The notes below the pieces were generated by a model that saw only the letters and a program-made list of their open reading frames with translations, was not told the origin of the DNA and ran no database searches. 64,000 nt of DNA from NCBI GenBank assembly GCA_963765495.1, contig CAVXWP010000014.1:54952-118951 (forward strand), in the 5' to 3' direction. The DNA comes from Blastocatellia bacterium. Its GTDB lineage: Bacteria > Acidobacteriota > Blastocatellia > UBA7656. Position 1 is the stretch's first letter. Every line of letters begins with the position of its first letter. The position numbers were made by a program, and so were the translations under genes. Positions 28,572 to 39,273 of the stretch are shown in pieces.

Positions 28572-31500
28572 ATGCGTAGCAAGCTTAAAATCTTGCTGCT
28601 GACAGTCACAATATTGACGTTGGTGGCACAGATGTCCTTCCCAGCTTTTGCACAAAATCCTACAGGCTCGATCCGGGGCACGATCACCGACCAGCAAGGT
28701 GACGTGATACCGAATGCGTCTATTACGGTCACCAACAAGGCGACCGGCGAAGTAAGGAAATCCAATACCGGCAACGACGGTATTTATCAGGTGAGCACCC
28801 TCTTACCGGGAGAGTATGAAATCAAAGTCGAAGCCGGCGGCTTCGCTACTCAGATCAGCACAGTGCTTGTGCAGGTCGGCAATACCTCTTCGGGTGACGC
28901 TTCTTTGCGAGTCGGCACGGCCAACGAGATCGTAGACGTTGTGGCCGAAGCGCCGATCATTGATAAGCAGAACTTCAAGATTGACGGTGTCATCAACCGC
29001 CAGAAGGTAGAAGCCCTGCCGCTCAACGGTCGCAACTTTTTGCAACTCGCATTGCTTGAGCCGGGCGTCTCGGTTTCGGCCAAGAATCCGGGGTCTCAAA
29101 ACAATCTATTCAACGTCTCTATCGGCGGCGCTGATTCGGCATTGACGCGACTCACTGTCGATGGAGGCAGCATAGTCGACCCTGTGTGCGGCGGCGCGGC
29201 CCAGAATTTTTCAACCGAAACGATTCAAGAGTTTCAGATACAGACCTTCAACTTTGATCTCTCGACAGGTACGACTTCGGTTGGCGCAATCAATATCGTG
29301 TCGCGCACGGGGACAAACGATTATCACGGCAGCGGATTCCTCTACTTCCGCGATCACTCCATAGCCGCCAATCCAAATCTCCAGCGCAGCATTACAAACC
29401 CCGACCCGTACTTCCGCCGCTATCAATACGGCGGCGCGTTCGGCGGACCTATCAAGAAGGATAAAGCCTTCTTCTTTGCCAATGCGGAGCGCCTCGACCA
29501 GACCTCGGCCATATCGAATGTCGTCACGGGGTTTTCGGGATTTAGCCAGTTCAATACGACCTTCACGAGTCCCTATAAGGGATTTCTGGTCAATGTGCGC
29601 GGCGATTACAGCATCAATGACAAAAACAAGCTGTTTTCGCGCTACAGCTATGACCATAACGATACGCTCGCGCCGGATGCCAACAACTCGTTGCCTTCGC
29701 GCTGGCGAGACAACAAGAGCAGAGATCACAACCTGCAATTCGGTCTGACGACCATATTCACAAACAACCTTGTAAACGATGCCCGCTTCAACTATCAGAA
29801 GATCAAGAACGTGGAAGGGATACCCTCTTCTTCACAGTGTCCGGCATCCGAGATAGGCTGCATAGGGCTCGGAGGCGCTCAGGTACAGGTCAATAACAGC
29901 AACCTGCTTCTCGGCAACACGACCAATGCGCCACAGGCGCGCGATCTGGATCGGTACCAGACGACCGATAGCCTCAGCTGGCAGAAGGGCGCTCACCGGA
30001 TTCGCATTGGCGGCGAGTGGGAGCACAACTACGGCAAAGGATTATGGGCATTTCTCGATCCGGCGCTGATAGTCTTGCACGACCCGCGCGATGTGATTGC
30101 CACGAATGCCTTTATCTCCACGCTTCCATTGCCCGCGCCGCTCAAGGCCGCGCTGACGATACCGCTGCCTGCGGCCTTCACCACCCCGGGCGCAACCCTT
30201 ACACTTGATGACATTCTACAGCTCCCGATCATAGCGGGAGCCGTGGGCATAGGCGATCCGTCGCAGCCGCCCCCCTTCAACACGGAGATAGCGCGGCAGG
30301 GCAATCGCTATCGCTTCTTCGCGCAGGATTCCTGGCTTGTGCGGCCCGGCTTCACGTTCTCTTTCGGAGCGGCTTATCAGTATGAAACCAACCTCGCAAA
30401 TCATGATCTTGCAAAGCCGGCCCTGATTGCGCCGCTTATCGGTGACATCGGAAAACCGGGCAAGGACAAAAACAACATCGCTCCTTCAATCGGATTTGCG
30501 TGGGATGTGGCCAACCAGGGCAAGACCGTCATACGTGGCGGCGCAGGCATCTATTACGACACGGTCCTGTTTGTTACCAGATTGCAGGAAAGAGCTACAA
30601 ACGGCCCGGCGGGTAACGGCCGCTCGGTCGTGGCAACCGCTTACTTCCAGAACAATCTTGCGTTTCCGCAACTTCCATTGCCCGCGCCGCTCAATCTGAT
30701 AAATCCGGCGCTCGGCACACCGATTGACTTCCGAACAATCCCGACAAAGTTCACGGGCGCTAATTTCCTGACGTTGCTCAACGCGCAGGGGCCGATCATT
30801 GCCGCAGGGCTTCAGGCAGCAGGCGCGGCGGGATTTTCCGGCCTCGATTTCTTCAAGACAGGCGACGGTATACTTGACCCAAATCTGGAATCTCCCTACT
30901 CGGAGCAGTTCACCATAGGCGTTCAGCGCCAGTTGCCGAGGAATATGGCCCTATCGGCCGACTTCGTGCTTCGCAAGCGCGTACACACGCTCTTTGCCAA
31001 CGATTTCAACGTCTATAACCGACCGGACGCTTTCGGCGGACCCGCCATACGCAGGTGCGTGGGTCTGGAAGCAGTCAACCCGTCCGTGCAATGTTCGAAC
31101 GGGTCGATCAATGTCACGCAATCGAGCGGACGCTCGGATTACAGGGCTCTGCTTGTGAAACTGGACAAGCGTTTCTCGAATCGGTATCAGTTCACCGCGA
31201 GCTATTCGCTTGCGAGCCGAACAGAGTTTTTCACCGGAGAGAACCTGCTTGACTGGTTTGGAAACAAGGGGCCTGCCGGGTCCCGTCATAACCTTACTAT
31301 CAGCGGTGTGGTCGATCTGCCGCTCGGTTTCCAGGCGTCGTTGATCGCAGTCTATGGAAGCCGCGGTGCGTTTAATGCGAGACTTGGCGGAACGGTCGAT
31401 ATAAACGGCGACGGGACGGGCGGCGACACTCTGCCCGGTCTTGAGATCAATACGCTCGGACGCGGCACGAGCAAGCAAGAGTTGATCACGATTGTAAACC

Positions 31501-31814
31501 AGTTCAACTCGAACTTCGCCGGCAAGCAGGACGCAAGAGGCGCTACGATCAACCCGATCAACTTACCGACTCAATTCGAATTTGGCGACGATTTCCAATC
31601 CGAGGATATTCGTTTGTCAAAGACATTCACGTTCAAGGAAAGCTATAAGGCCCAACTCTTCGCAGAGGTCTTCAACCTGTTTAATATCGCAAACCTTACC
31701 GGGTACAGTCAGACGTTAAACAGTAACTTTGGCCAGCCTACGCAAAGAGCGGGTCAGGCCTTTGGCACGGGCGGACCGCGCGCCTTCCAGTTCGGAGGCC
31801 GGTTCACCTTCTAA
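28572..31814 (+). CDS. TonB-dependent receptor, Oar-like, with a carboxypeptidase-regulatory N-domain
   Basis: GSIRGTITDQQG, LPLNGRNFLQL, C-terminal PRAFQFGGRFTF. Confidence 0.92.
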   Translation: MRSKLKILLLTVTILTLVAQMSFPAFAQNPTGSIRGTITDQQGDVIPNASITVTNKATGEVRKSNTGNDGIYQVSTLLPGEYEIKVEAGGFATQISTVLVQVGNTSSGDASLRVGTANEIVDVVAEAPIIDKQNFKIDGVINRQKVEALPLNGRNFLQLALLEPGVSVSAKNPGSQNNLFNVSIGGADSALTRLTVDGGSIVDPVCGGAAQNFSTETIQEFQIQTFNFDLSTGTTSVGAINIVSRTGTNDYHGSGFLYFRDHSIAANPNLQRSITNPDPYFRRYQYGGAFGGPIKKDKAFFFANAERLDQTSAISNVVTGFSGFSQFNTTFTSPYKGFLVNVRGDYSINDKNKLFSRYSYDHNDTLAPDANNSLPSRWRDNKSRDHNLQFGLTTIFTNNLVNDARFNYQKIKNVEGIPSSSQCPASEIGCIGLGGAQVQVNNSNLLLGNTTNAPQARDLDRYQTTDSLSWQKGAHRIRIGGEWEHNYGKGLWAFLDPALIVLHDPRDVIATNAFISTLPLPAPLKAALTIPLPAAFTTPGATLTLDDILQLPIIAGAVGIGDPSQPPPFNTEIARQGNRYRFFAQDSWLVRPGFTFSFGAAYQYETNLANHDLAKPALIAPLIGDIGKPGKDKNNIAPSIGFAWDVANQGKTVIRGGAGIYYDTVLFVTRLQERATNGPAGNGRSVVATAYFQNNLAFPQLPLPAPLNLINPALGTPIDFRTIPTKFTGANFLTLLNAQGPIIAAGLQAAGAAGFSGLDFFKTGDGILDPNLESPYSEQFTIGVQRQLPRNMALSADFVLRKRVHTLFANDFNVYNRPDAFGGPAIRRCVGLEAVNPSVQCSNGSINVTQSSGRSDYRALLVKLDKRFSNRYQFTASYSLASRTEFFTGENLLDWFGNKGPAGSRHNLTISGVVDLPLGFQASLIAVYGSRGAFNARLGGTVDINGDGTGGDTLPGLEINTLGRGTSKQELITIVNQFNSNFAGKQDARGATINPINLPTQFEFGDDFQSEDIRLSKTFTFKESYKAQLFAEVFNLFNIANLTGYSQTLNSNFGQPTQRAGQAFGTGGPRAFQFGGRFTF

Positions 31815-31841
31815 TCACTCAGGCAAACAGCTACTACTGAC

Positions 31842-31887
31842 ACGAATGCCCGCGAATTCAGCATTGATTCGCGGGCATTCGTCTTTG
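31842..31887. terminator. Intrinsic, probably bidirectional terminator
   Basis: ACGAATGCCCGCGAAT / ATTCGCGGGCATTCGT hairpin between convergent genes. Confidence 0.8.
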
Positions 31888-31900
31888 TGGATAAGACATT

Positions 31901-33545
31901 TTATTTTCCCGGCGCGGTCGTCTTTGCCTGTGCCCTTACAAGCTCCGGCAGGTCCGTATCGGCATCGCTCCAGTATTTTTCGGCCAGCGCAAATTCTTTC
32001 TGAGCCGTTGAGGTGTCCTCGTTATGCTCGGCCACAAGCGCCAGCGCGTAATGAGTTCCTCCGTAGGCCGGGTCGTGTTCAAGCATCTGCCGGGCGGTGT
32101 ATTCGGCCAGTTCCCAATCCCCCACTTCGCGCGCCACGCGGGCTATCGCTTCCAGCCTGAACAGAGCCTGAATCCACGCATCGGGTCCGGGCTCGACACG
32201 CATACGGGTCTGGACGGTTTCGAGAATAGTTCTGCCCTTTTCAACCTGTCCGGTGCGTAGAAAAAATTCCCCCTGCAAGGCTGAAAGATACTGGGTCACA
32301 AACCCGATTGTTCTGGCCGAGCCTCGCGTCTTTTCAAGCGCCGCTTTCGCTTCCGCGCCCGCATCCGAAAGCCTCCCCATAGCCATAAGCGCGCGGCTCG
32401 CCATGATGTGGCCTATGGTCGAGACGATTTCCCAAGGACTTGCGGCCAGTATTTTCGCCGCGTCGAGCGCCTCCTGATTTCGCCCCCTTGAGAGCAAAAA
32501 TTCCGGCCATTCTTTCTTGTTGAATGCGAGCGCATCCTGCATGACTTCAACGTCAAATGACTCGCGCATGAATTTTCGCCGTCTTCATCTGCCCGCGATA
32601 CTGGTAAGATGTCGAAAGCAAATCGAGATTATGCTGATGATGCCAGTCGTATCGGGCCGGTATGTTTTCCCGCTTGTAGTAAGCCGTTTCAAGCTCATAA
32701 GCCTTGAGAAATTCGGCCAGCGCATCATTGATGCGGCCCACGCGGCGAAGATCGTGTCCGTACATGTGGCGAGCGTGAGGCACATCGGGGGCCATACGGG
32801 CATAAATTTCGCCTTCCTTTAAGGCCTCTTCGATCCGGTTCAGATTCTCGTATGAATGAATCAGAAAGTGATGCGCGGCAAAGCAATCGGGGTCGAGTTT
32901 CAATGCCCGCTGATAGAATGAGATTGACGATTCCGCGCCGCTCTGGCCTCGCCCCGAGGCCAGGGGCTCTTCGGCATTCCCGCGCAACAACAACAGTGCC
33001 GGATCGTCCGGGTAGGCAGCAATTGCCGCGTCGAGCGCCTCCTTATAGTTAGAGTGCGGCGCGGGGTTTCCAGGTTCAGACATTGCTTCGAGTTGAATGG
33101 CTCTGAGGGCGATAAATTTCTGTTCCCGCTCGCTTGCGCCCGCGCCGAGCGCCTGAGCTTTCCGAAGCATTTGACGAGCGGCCTCCGTAACATTCAGCCC
33201 CGAATAAGCGCGGCTCAGACCCACGTAAGCCATCGCAAGGTTCGGGTCGAGCCTGAGCGCCTGATTAAACGAGCGTGCCGCTTCTATCCATACGTAAGAG
33301 TACAGATAAGCAAGCCCCTGATCGTAAAATGCCTGCGCCTCCTTTGATGAAGTCGTGACCGACTGATGCGCGCGGCCTATACCGGAGCGGAGCGATACGG
33401 GGCGTTCGAGGATTTCAGCGGGCACCCCAATCGCAGTTTCATCGCCGTGATGAGCGTGTGCGTCACCTTGCGCGAAGACAGTTCCCTGAATCAAGATCAG
33501 CCCCGGTAGGAGAAAAATCAATTTGCAAAGATGTGAATACTTCAT
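31901..33545 (-). pseudogene. Secreted TPR protein split by one frameshift near 32573
   Basis: TPR ORF 32553-33545 continues in the +1 frame as 31901-32569; junction at an A4 run. Confidence 0.75.
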
Positions 33546-33592
33546 GTGATTTCAGGCGATACGCAACAATATTAGTCTTACTTGAATAGCGC

Positions 33593-34750
33593 TTACTTGA
33601 TTTCGAGCCTTCGCCGGTCGGCCCAGTTATTGCCATAAGGGGTAAGCGCCAGAGGGTTGCGCTCAAGCGGCTGCGCGCGCCCGAGGCTGTCGCTTGCGCG
33701 CACGATGATTTCATAACTGCCCGCAGCCTGAGGCTTCCAGGCGTAAGACCAGAGCCGCCATGCAAACGGCGCGCTTTCGCCGTTCAGATCGGCTTCAACC
33801 CAGGAGCGCCCTCCGTCAAAACTCAATTCCACCCGCTCGACACGAGCCTCGCCGCTCCATGCCGCACCGATGATAGTAGCCTGCGCTACGCGCCGGTCGG
33901 CGGATTCGGCTAGACGGGCAATCTGAGATTTGACGAGCATTTCGTGGAGCGCGATTCGCTTTATCCCTTTTCTTTCGTGGCGCGCTACATAATAGCGTTC
34001 GGTTTGATAAAACCCCTTGAATGGTTTGTCGGCGACCGTGATTCCGGTGAGCCACTTTACGGAATCCATCCCGTACCATCCGGGCACGATGGCCCTGAGC
34101 GGTCCGCCGTGCTCGGGCGGGAGCGGCTCGCCGTTCATCCTGTAAGCCAGAAGCGTATGCTCGTCCATCGCCTTCGCAAGCGGTATGCTGCGCGCAAACG
34201 AGTCAACCATTATGCCACCGGCCTCGCGCTCTTTTCCTCCGTCCGCTCCATTGAGCACTACCTCGACAGCGCCCTGGCGTGCGCCGACCGCTTCGAGCAG
34301 CGCGCCTAATGATATGCCGGTCCATCGCGCATTCGACACGCCTCCAAAGCCTACGAGATTGCCAGCGCATTCAAGCGTGACGACCTCTTCGCGCGAAGGC
34401 ATCTTCATCAATTCATCAAGCGTAAAGGCCCGGGGGCGTGCGACCGCGCCGCTGATCTTGACCATCCACGGCGAGCCGTCGCGGGCAGGTATGCCGAAAT
34501 GGCTGCGGACAAAGAATTCGGGATTAGGAGTGATCCAGGTTTTGAGCGTAGAGAAATCGAAGGCGCGACTGTAAGGCGAACCGGGCGAAAACAGGGGCGG
34601 CTGCTGAGGCGCTCGCGCAAGGCTTGCGCCGCGAAGCCAAACGGCGGCAAAAGGCAAGCCCGCAAGCTGCGTGATGAGACGGCGGCGGCCTGCATCGAAC
34701 CTGCGAGACTCCTGCCCATCGGTAGATGAATGCTTATAAGCTCTCTTCAT
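33593..34750 (-). CDS. Sulfite-oxidase family molybdoenzyme with a Tat-like signal
   Basis: RRRLITQL, FFVRSH, TLECAGN (Mo-ligand Cys), HGGPLR..VPGWYG..SVKW and dimerisation domain. Confidence 0.9.
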   Translation of the reverse strand: MKRAYKHSSTDGQESRRFDAGRRRLITQLAGLPFAAVWLRGASLARAPQQPPLFSPGSPYSRAFDFSTLKTWITPNPEFFVRSHFGIPARDGSPWMVKISGAVARPRAFTLDELMKMPSREEVVTLECAGNLVGFGGVSNARWTGISLGALLEAVGARQGAVEVVLNGADGGKEREAGGIMVDSFARSIPLAKAMDEHTLLAYRMNGEPLPPEHGGPLRAIVPGWYGMDSVKWLTGITVADKPFKGFYQTERYYVARHERKGIKRIALHEMLVKSQIARLAESADRRVAQATIIGAAWSGEARVERVELSFDGGRSWVEADLNGESAPFAWRLWSYAWKPQAAGSYEIIVRASDSLGRAQPLERNPLALTPYGNNWADRRRLEIK

Positions 34751-35013
34751 TATTGACTCTAATGATCGCAGCATCGAATTTACAACAGCAGGGGTTGTTA
34801 TCTCAACTGATGCGTGAAGCGTGATTCACCAGGATTGCAATATGTCTGTAACAAGCTGTCTTCCTAATAGTCACGCATCACGCATCACGCACCATTTTTC
34901 TGTAACCGCCCGCGCCTTGGTTTTCGTCTTTGTATAGGGCAGGCGCTTGATTAAATACCTGCTCATCTTATTTCGATTCAGCCAGCAGTATTTTAGTTTG
35001 AAGGAGAAAGTTA

Positions 35014-35505
35014 ATGAAAAGGGTTGTAGCGATCAGCAGTTTTGTTTTTCTGATGGCCGCAAGCGTATTTGCCTTAAGCCTTGCGCCCGCGAATTTTTCG
35101 GGCACATGGGTTCTGGATAATGCAAAGAGCGAAGGATTGAGAGGGAGGATGGCCGATGCCGAAGTCACAATGAAAGTGACTCAGGACGGTGCGAAGCTTG
35201 TCGAAGAGACCACGACGGGCGATAACACTCAGAGCTTGACATTCAATCTTGACGGCAGCGAAACCACCGCCGAATTTCAGGGCCGCATGCCCTCAAAAGG
35301 AACTATCAAGGCTAAGTGGATGGATGACGGCAAGATGCTTGAAATCACTCAGGTTCGGAACCTGAATTTCCAGGGCAACGATGTCACCATCAACGTAAAA
35401 GAGCACTGGCAGTTGTCGGAAGACGGCAAGGTGCTGAATATCCATCGCACGACGGAATCGCCGCGCGGCACTATGGAATCAAAGCTCGTCTTCAACAAGA
35501 AGTAA
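35014..35505 (+). CDS. Secreted lipocalin-like beta-barrel protein
   Basis: Signal peptide, NFSGTWVLD motif, AGGAG RBS. Confidence 0.75.
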   Translation: MKRVVAISSFVFLMAASVFALSLAPANFSGTWVLDNAKSEGLRGRMADAEVTMKVTQDGAKLVEETTTGDNTQSLTFNLDGSETTAEFQGRMPSKGTIKAKWMDDGKMLEITQVRNLNFQGNDVTINVKEHWQLSEDGKVLNIHRTTESPRGTMESKLVFNKK

Positions 35506-35752
35506 GCCGTTGCATGTCTGCAATCGACAGGCAAATAACATTGCTGGGCGAAGGGCTTTTGCCAAAACAGCACCTTCGCTCAGCCTCTCAGCCCGAAGAG
35601 ACCTTCGGCGTTTGAATTCGCAATCGAATACGAGTAAACTCGCCTCATCAACTTGATTCTGGTATTTAGCAGACAGTCTTTATCAGCAGACGAGCGGATC
35701 AGCATGTTTAAAACATGCGCGCACTGACTGCTTATACCAAACCATAATTGAG

Positions 35753-35850
35753 TGTAGGGGCAGCCCTTGTGGCTGCCCGAATCGCGCGCGAGCGCGATGG
35801 CAGTCATCGCTCTTCGAGCGATCCGGGCAGCCACAAGGGCTGCCCCTACA
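35753..35850. repeat. GTAG-family REP doublet (REPIN-like hairpin)
   Basis: Perfect 27-bp inverted repeat TGTAGGGGCAGCCCTTGTGGCTGCCCG at 35753-35779 and 35824-35850. Confidence 0.85.
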
Positions 35851-35891
35851 TTCATCGAAAATCGCTTTATCAAAGATCGAAAGGAGCGCCC

Positions 35892-37328
35892 ATGTGGAGA
35901 CGTAAGTGTTACCTCGACGATGAATCCGACATTCAATCGCCGATACCGAGTTGCATATCATCGAATGAAGAATTCATACCGCCTCCCCAATCGGCCCGTG
36001 AGCTTGAGGTCGAAAACCGTCTGAGGGAGATGGCCGACCGCAACGCGAAGCTCTTAGGCGTCACGCGCCGCCGATTCCTACAATCTTCCTGCGGCATGGC
36101 CGCGGCGATGCTATGCTTCAACGAAGTATTCGGAAAGACCTACGAGGTTGACCCGATTGAAGCGCTCGATGCGGCTGCCTACGAAGAGCACTGGCCAAAA
36201 AACGAATTCATATTCGACAACCAGACGCATCACATCGACGTGGAGTCAAACTGGTTTGAGACCACGGATGCGGGGCGCGAGGCAGCCGCTTTTCTAAAGC
36301 GATTCAGACCCCGCGAGCAGAGCACCTCCGCGAGCCTTGCCGCGCTAAACGAGACCCACTACGTCAAGGAACTGTTCTTCGATTCCGACACCGTGATGGC
36401 GATCATCAGCGGCGTTCCTACAAGTTCGTGGAAAGAGAATATTCTGCCGCCCGACAAGATGGTAGCCACCAGAAACGATGTGAACGGCTGGGCGAAATCC
36501 GAGCGAATGCTCTCTCATGGTCTTCTGCGGCCCAACATGGGATCGTCAGAGATCGAAGAGATGGAACGGCAGGCCAAGGTGCTGAAGATCAACTCGTGGA
36601 AGCTGTATCCAGGGGCCGAGATAAACAAGACCGCCTGGTGGCTCGATGATGAAAAGATGAGCTATCCCTTCTGGGAGAAGTCGCGCAAGATGGGGATCAA
36701 GAATCTGTGTATCCACAAGGGGCTGCCGCTCGGTCTCTTCAACGAAGAGCACTGCCACCCGCGCGACATCGAAAAAGTAGCCAAAGATTTCCCCGATATA
36801 AACTTCATCATCTACCATTCGGCGTGGCATCCTACGGCTCCGCGCAAGGAAGGCATGGCCGATAATCCGCAGTACATCCCGTGGTGCTCGGATTTGATCG
36901 ACATAGTCAAACGCAACAAACTGAGCAACGTCTACTTCGAACTTGGTTCGACCTGGAACGGCACGTCGGGCGCGCGACCCGAAGTAGCCATGCACCTGCT
37001 CGGGCAGATAATGAACCTGCCCGGTGGCGAAGAACATATCATCTGGGGGACGGATTCGATCTGGGGCGGCTCTCCGCAAAGCCAGATAGAGCGATTCCGC
37101 CGCTTCCAGATCAGCGATGAAGTGGCCGAAAAATACGGCTACAAGAAACTCACTCCCGAAATCAAAGCCAAGGTCTTTGGCCTGAATGCCGCGCGCCTCT
37201 ACAAGATCAACGTGGCGGCCAAGCGCAACGCGATCAAGACCGATAAGATTTCCGAGATGAAAGAGGAGTATCAGCAAAACCCGCAACCGTCAAATACCCA
37301 GTATGGCTGGGTCTGGGCCGGAAAATAA
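35892..37328 (+). CDS. Amidohydrolase_2 family metallohydrolase
   Basis: AAGGAG RBS before ATG 35892; DNQTHH, WKLYP, IHKG, IYHS, WGTDSIW. Confidence 0.85.
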   Translation: MWRRKCYLDDESDIQSPIPSCISSNEEFIPPPQSARELEVENRLREMADRNAKLLGVTRRRFLQSSCGMAAAMLCFNEVFGKTYEVDPIEALDAAAYEEHWPKNEFIFDNQTHHIDVESNWFETTDAGREAAAFLKRFRPREQSTSASLAALNETHYVKELFFDSDTVMAIISGVPTSSWKENILPPDKMVATRNDVNGWAKSERMLSHGLLRPNMGSSEIEEMERQAKVLKINSWKLYPGAEINKTAWWLDDEKMSYPFWEKSRKMGIKNLCIHKGLPLGLFNEEHCHPRDIEKVAKDFPDINFIIYHSAWHPTAPRKEGMADNPQYIPWCSDLIDIVKRNKLSNVYFELGSTWNGTSGARPEVAMHLLGQIMNLPGGEEHIIWGTDSIWGGSPQSQIERFRRFQISDEVAEKYGYKKLTPEIKAKVFGLNAARLYKINVAAKRNAIKTDKISEMKEEYQQNPQPSNTQYGWVWAGK

Positions 37329-37530
37329 GCGGTAGCGAGGCCGGGGGCCGGGGGCCGGGGGCCGGTAATATTGAGGTCAATATGAATATGATCCGCGAGA
37401 ATCCGCCCGATCCGCGTCCGTCCCGGCCTGTTGCCGATTAGCAAATCGGGATTTTCAATTTAGCGGATAAGAGACCTTATAAACCGGCCCCTGGCTCCCG
37501 ACCCCTGGCCCCTAGCCGATGGAGGTGACA

Positions 37531-39174
37531 GTGAAAAAGAGACTATCAATCCTCGCAATAGCGATCATTTTTCTCTTCAGTGCTTACACGCCTGCGCCGT
37601 CGCAACAGCCGGAACCGGCAAAGACCGTAAATCGCGACGAGCAGATGGTGGTCATGCGCGACGGCGTAAAACTTGCCACAAACGTCTATCTGCCGGAGGG
37701 CAAGGGGCCGTGGCCGGTTGTGCTTGTGCGAACTCCTTACAATAAAGAGTTGAATGGAGCGGGAGCCGCCGCGTGGGTCAATAAAGGCTTTGCGCTTGTG
37801 ATTCAGGATGTGCGTGGAAAGTTCAAAAGCGAAGGCAAGTACCAGCCTTTCGTAGACGATCCGCAGGATGGTTACGATACGGTGGAATGGGCGGCCAAAC
37901 AACCCTGGTCGAACGGCAAGATAGGGATGTTCGGCGCATCGGCTATGGGTATAACCGCGAACCTCGCCTCGATGATGAACCCGCCTCATCTGGTCGCCAT
38001 GTTTGTGATGGTGGCCCGGTCGAGCATCTACACTCAATCGGCTTTCATGGGCGGAGTCTTTCGCAAAGAGTTGAACGAAATCTGGCTCAAGCGGCAAAAC
38101 GCGCTTGACGCGCTTTACGAAACGTTCAAGCACAACGTCTATGACGGGTATTACGATTCGAATGAAATGTCGAAACGCTGGCCCGATGTCCACGTCCCTG
38201 TTTATAACTACGGCGGATGGTACGACATCTTTTCAGAGGGGAATATTGAAAATTTCGCCGGGCTTCAGGTGAAGGGGGGCGGGCTTGCGGCAGGCAATCA
38301 GAAACTGATGATGGGGCCGTGGGGCCACGGGAATATTGAAGAAGTGAAATACCCGGCAAACTCTTCGGTCAATCCAAACGAAGAGGCGCAGCGATGGTTT
38401 GATTACTGGCTCAAGGGCACTGACAACGGCATCATGGACGAGCCGCCGATCAAATACTACGTGATGGGAGATGTGACCGATCCGAAGGCTCCGGGCAACC
38501 GGTGGCGTACGTCTGTGGCGTGGCCTCCGCCCGCGAAAACGACATCATACTTTTTGATGGCGGGTGGCGGACTGGGCGAAAATATTCCTGCCGATAAAGA
38601 GAGCAGCGATACTTACAAATATGATCCGAAAAATCCGGTCCCGACTATCGGAGGCGGAAACCTCAACATAAAGAAAGGGCCTATGGATCAGCGCGCGACC
38701 GGAGACCGCAAAGACATCTTGAAATATATGACTGCGGCGCTCGACTCAGCGGTCGAGATAACAGGCCCGGTCACGGTAGAGGTATGGGCGGAATCCGATG
38801 CGCCGGACACCGATTTTATGGCCAAGCTGGTCGATGTCTACCCTGACGGGACGGAGCGGCTGGTGCTTGACTCGGCCGTGCGCGCAAGGTTTCGCGAAGG
38901 CTTTGATCACGAAGTTTTTATGAAGAAAGGCGAAGTCTATCGCTTCAACATAGACCTGTGGGCGACGAGCATAATCTTCAACAAGGGCCACAAAATAGCC
39001 ATTCAAATAACAAGCTCGAACGATCCCCGATTCGATCCCAATCCGAACACCGGAAAACCTCTTCGGGCAGACGACGAGACGCGCGTGGCTACAAACACAA
39101 TCCATCACGACCGGGCGCATCCTTCGCGGGCGCTGCTTCCGGTCGTACCCGTTTACAACGGCAAGCAACCCTGA
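37531..39174 (+). CDS. CocE/NonD family (S15) hydrolase, secreted
   Basis: MRDGVKLAT, RTPY, QDVRG..SEG, GASAMG nucleophile, GWYD, GPWGH. Confidence 0.92.
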   Translation: MKKRLSILAIAIIFLFSAYTPAPSQQPEPAKTVNRDEQMVVMRDGVKLATNVYLPEGKGPWPVVLVRTPYNKELNGAGAAAWVNKGFALVIQDVRGKFKSEGKYQPFVDDPQDGYDTVEWAAKQPWSNGKIGMFGASAMGITANLASMMNPPHLVAMFVMVARSSIYTQSAFMGGVFRKELNEIWLKRQNALDALYETFKHNVYDGYYDSNEMSKRWPDVHVPVYNYGGWYDIFSEGNIENFAGLQVKGGGLAAGNQKLMMGPWGHGNIEEVKYPANSSVNPNEEAQRWFDYWLKGTDNGIMDEPPIKYYVMGDVTDPKAPGNRWRTSVAWPPPAKTTSYFLMAGGGLGENIPADKESSDTYKYDPKNPVPTIGGGNLNIKKGPMDQRATGDRKDILKYMTAALDSAVEITGPVTVEVWAESDAPDTDFMAKLVDVYPDGTERLVLDSAVRARFREGFDHEVFMKKGEVYRFNIDLWATSIIFNKGHKIAIQITSSNDPRFDPNPNTGKPLRADDETRVATNTIHHDRAHPSRALLPVVPVYNGKQP

Positions 39175-39273
39175 ATTATTTAAGTTGAAGTTCCGATTGA
39201 AGCCGAAAGATACCGCAAACAGATCTGAGACCTGAAATTTCAAATCTCAGATCTGTTTTTTAATTTTGGTCTT

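Noticed and set aside
35748-35891. N-terminal extension of the amidohydrolase ORF
   Set aside because: It is read-through of the REP doublet; a good RBS precedes ATG 35892.
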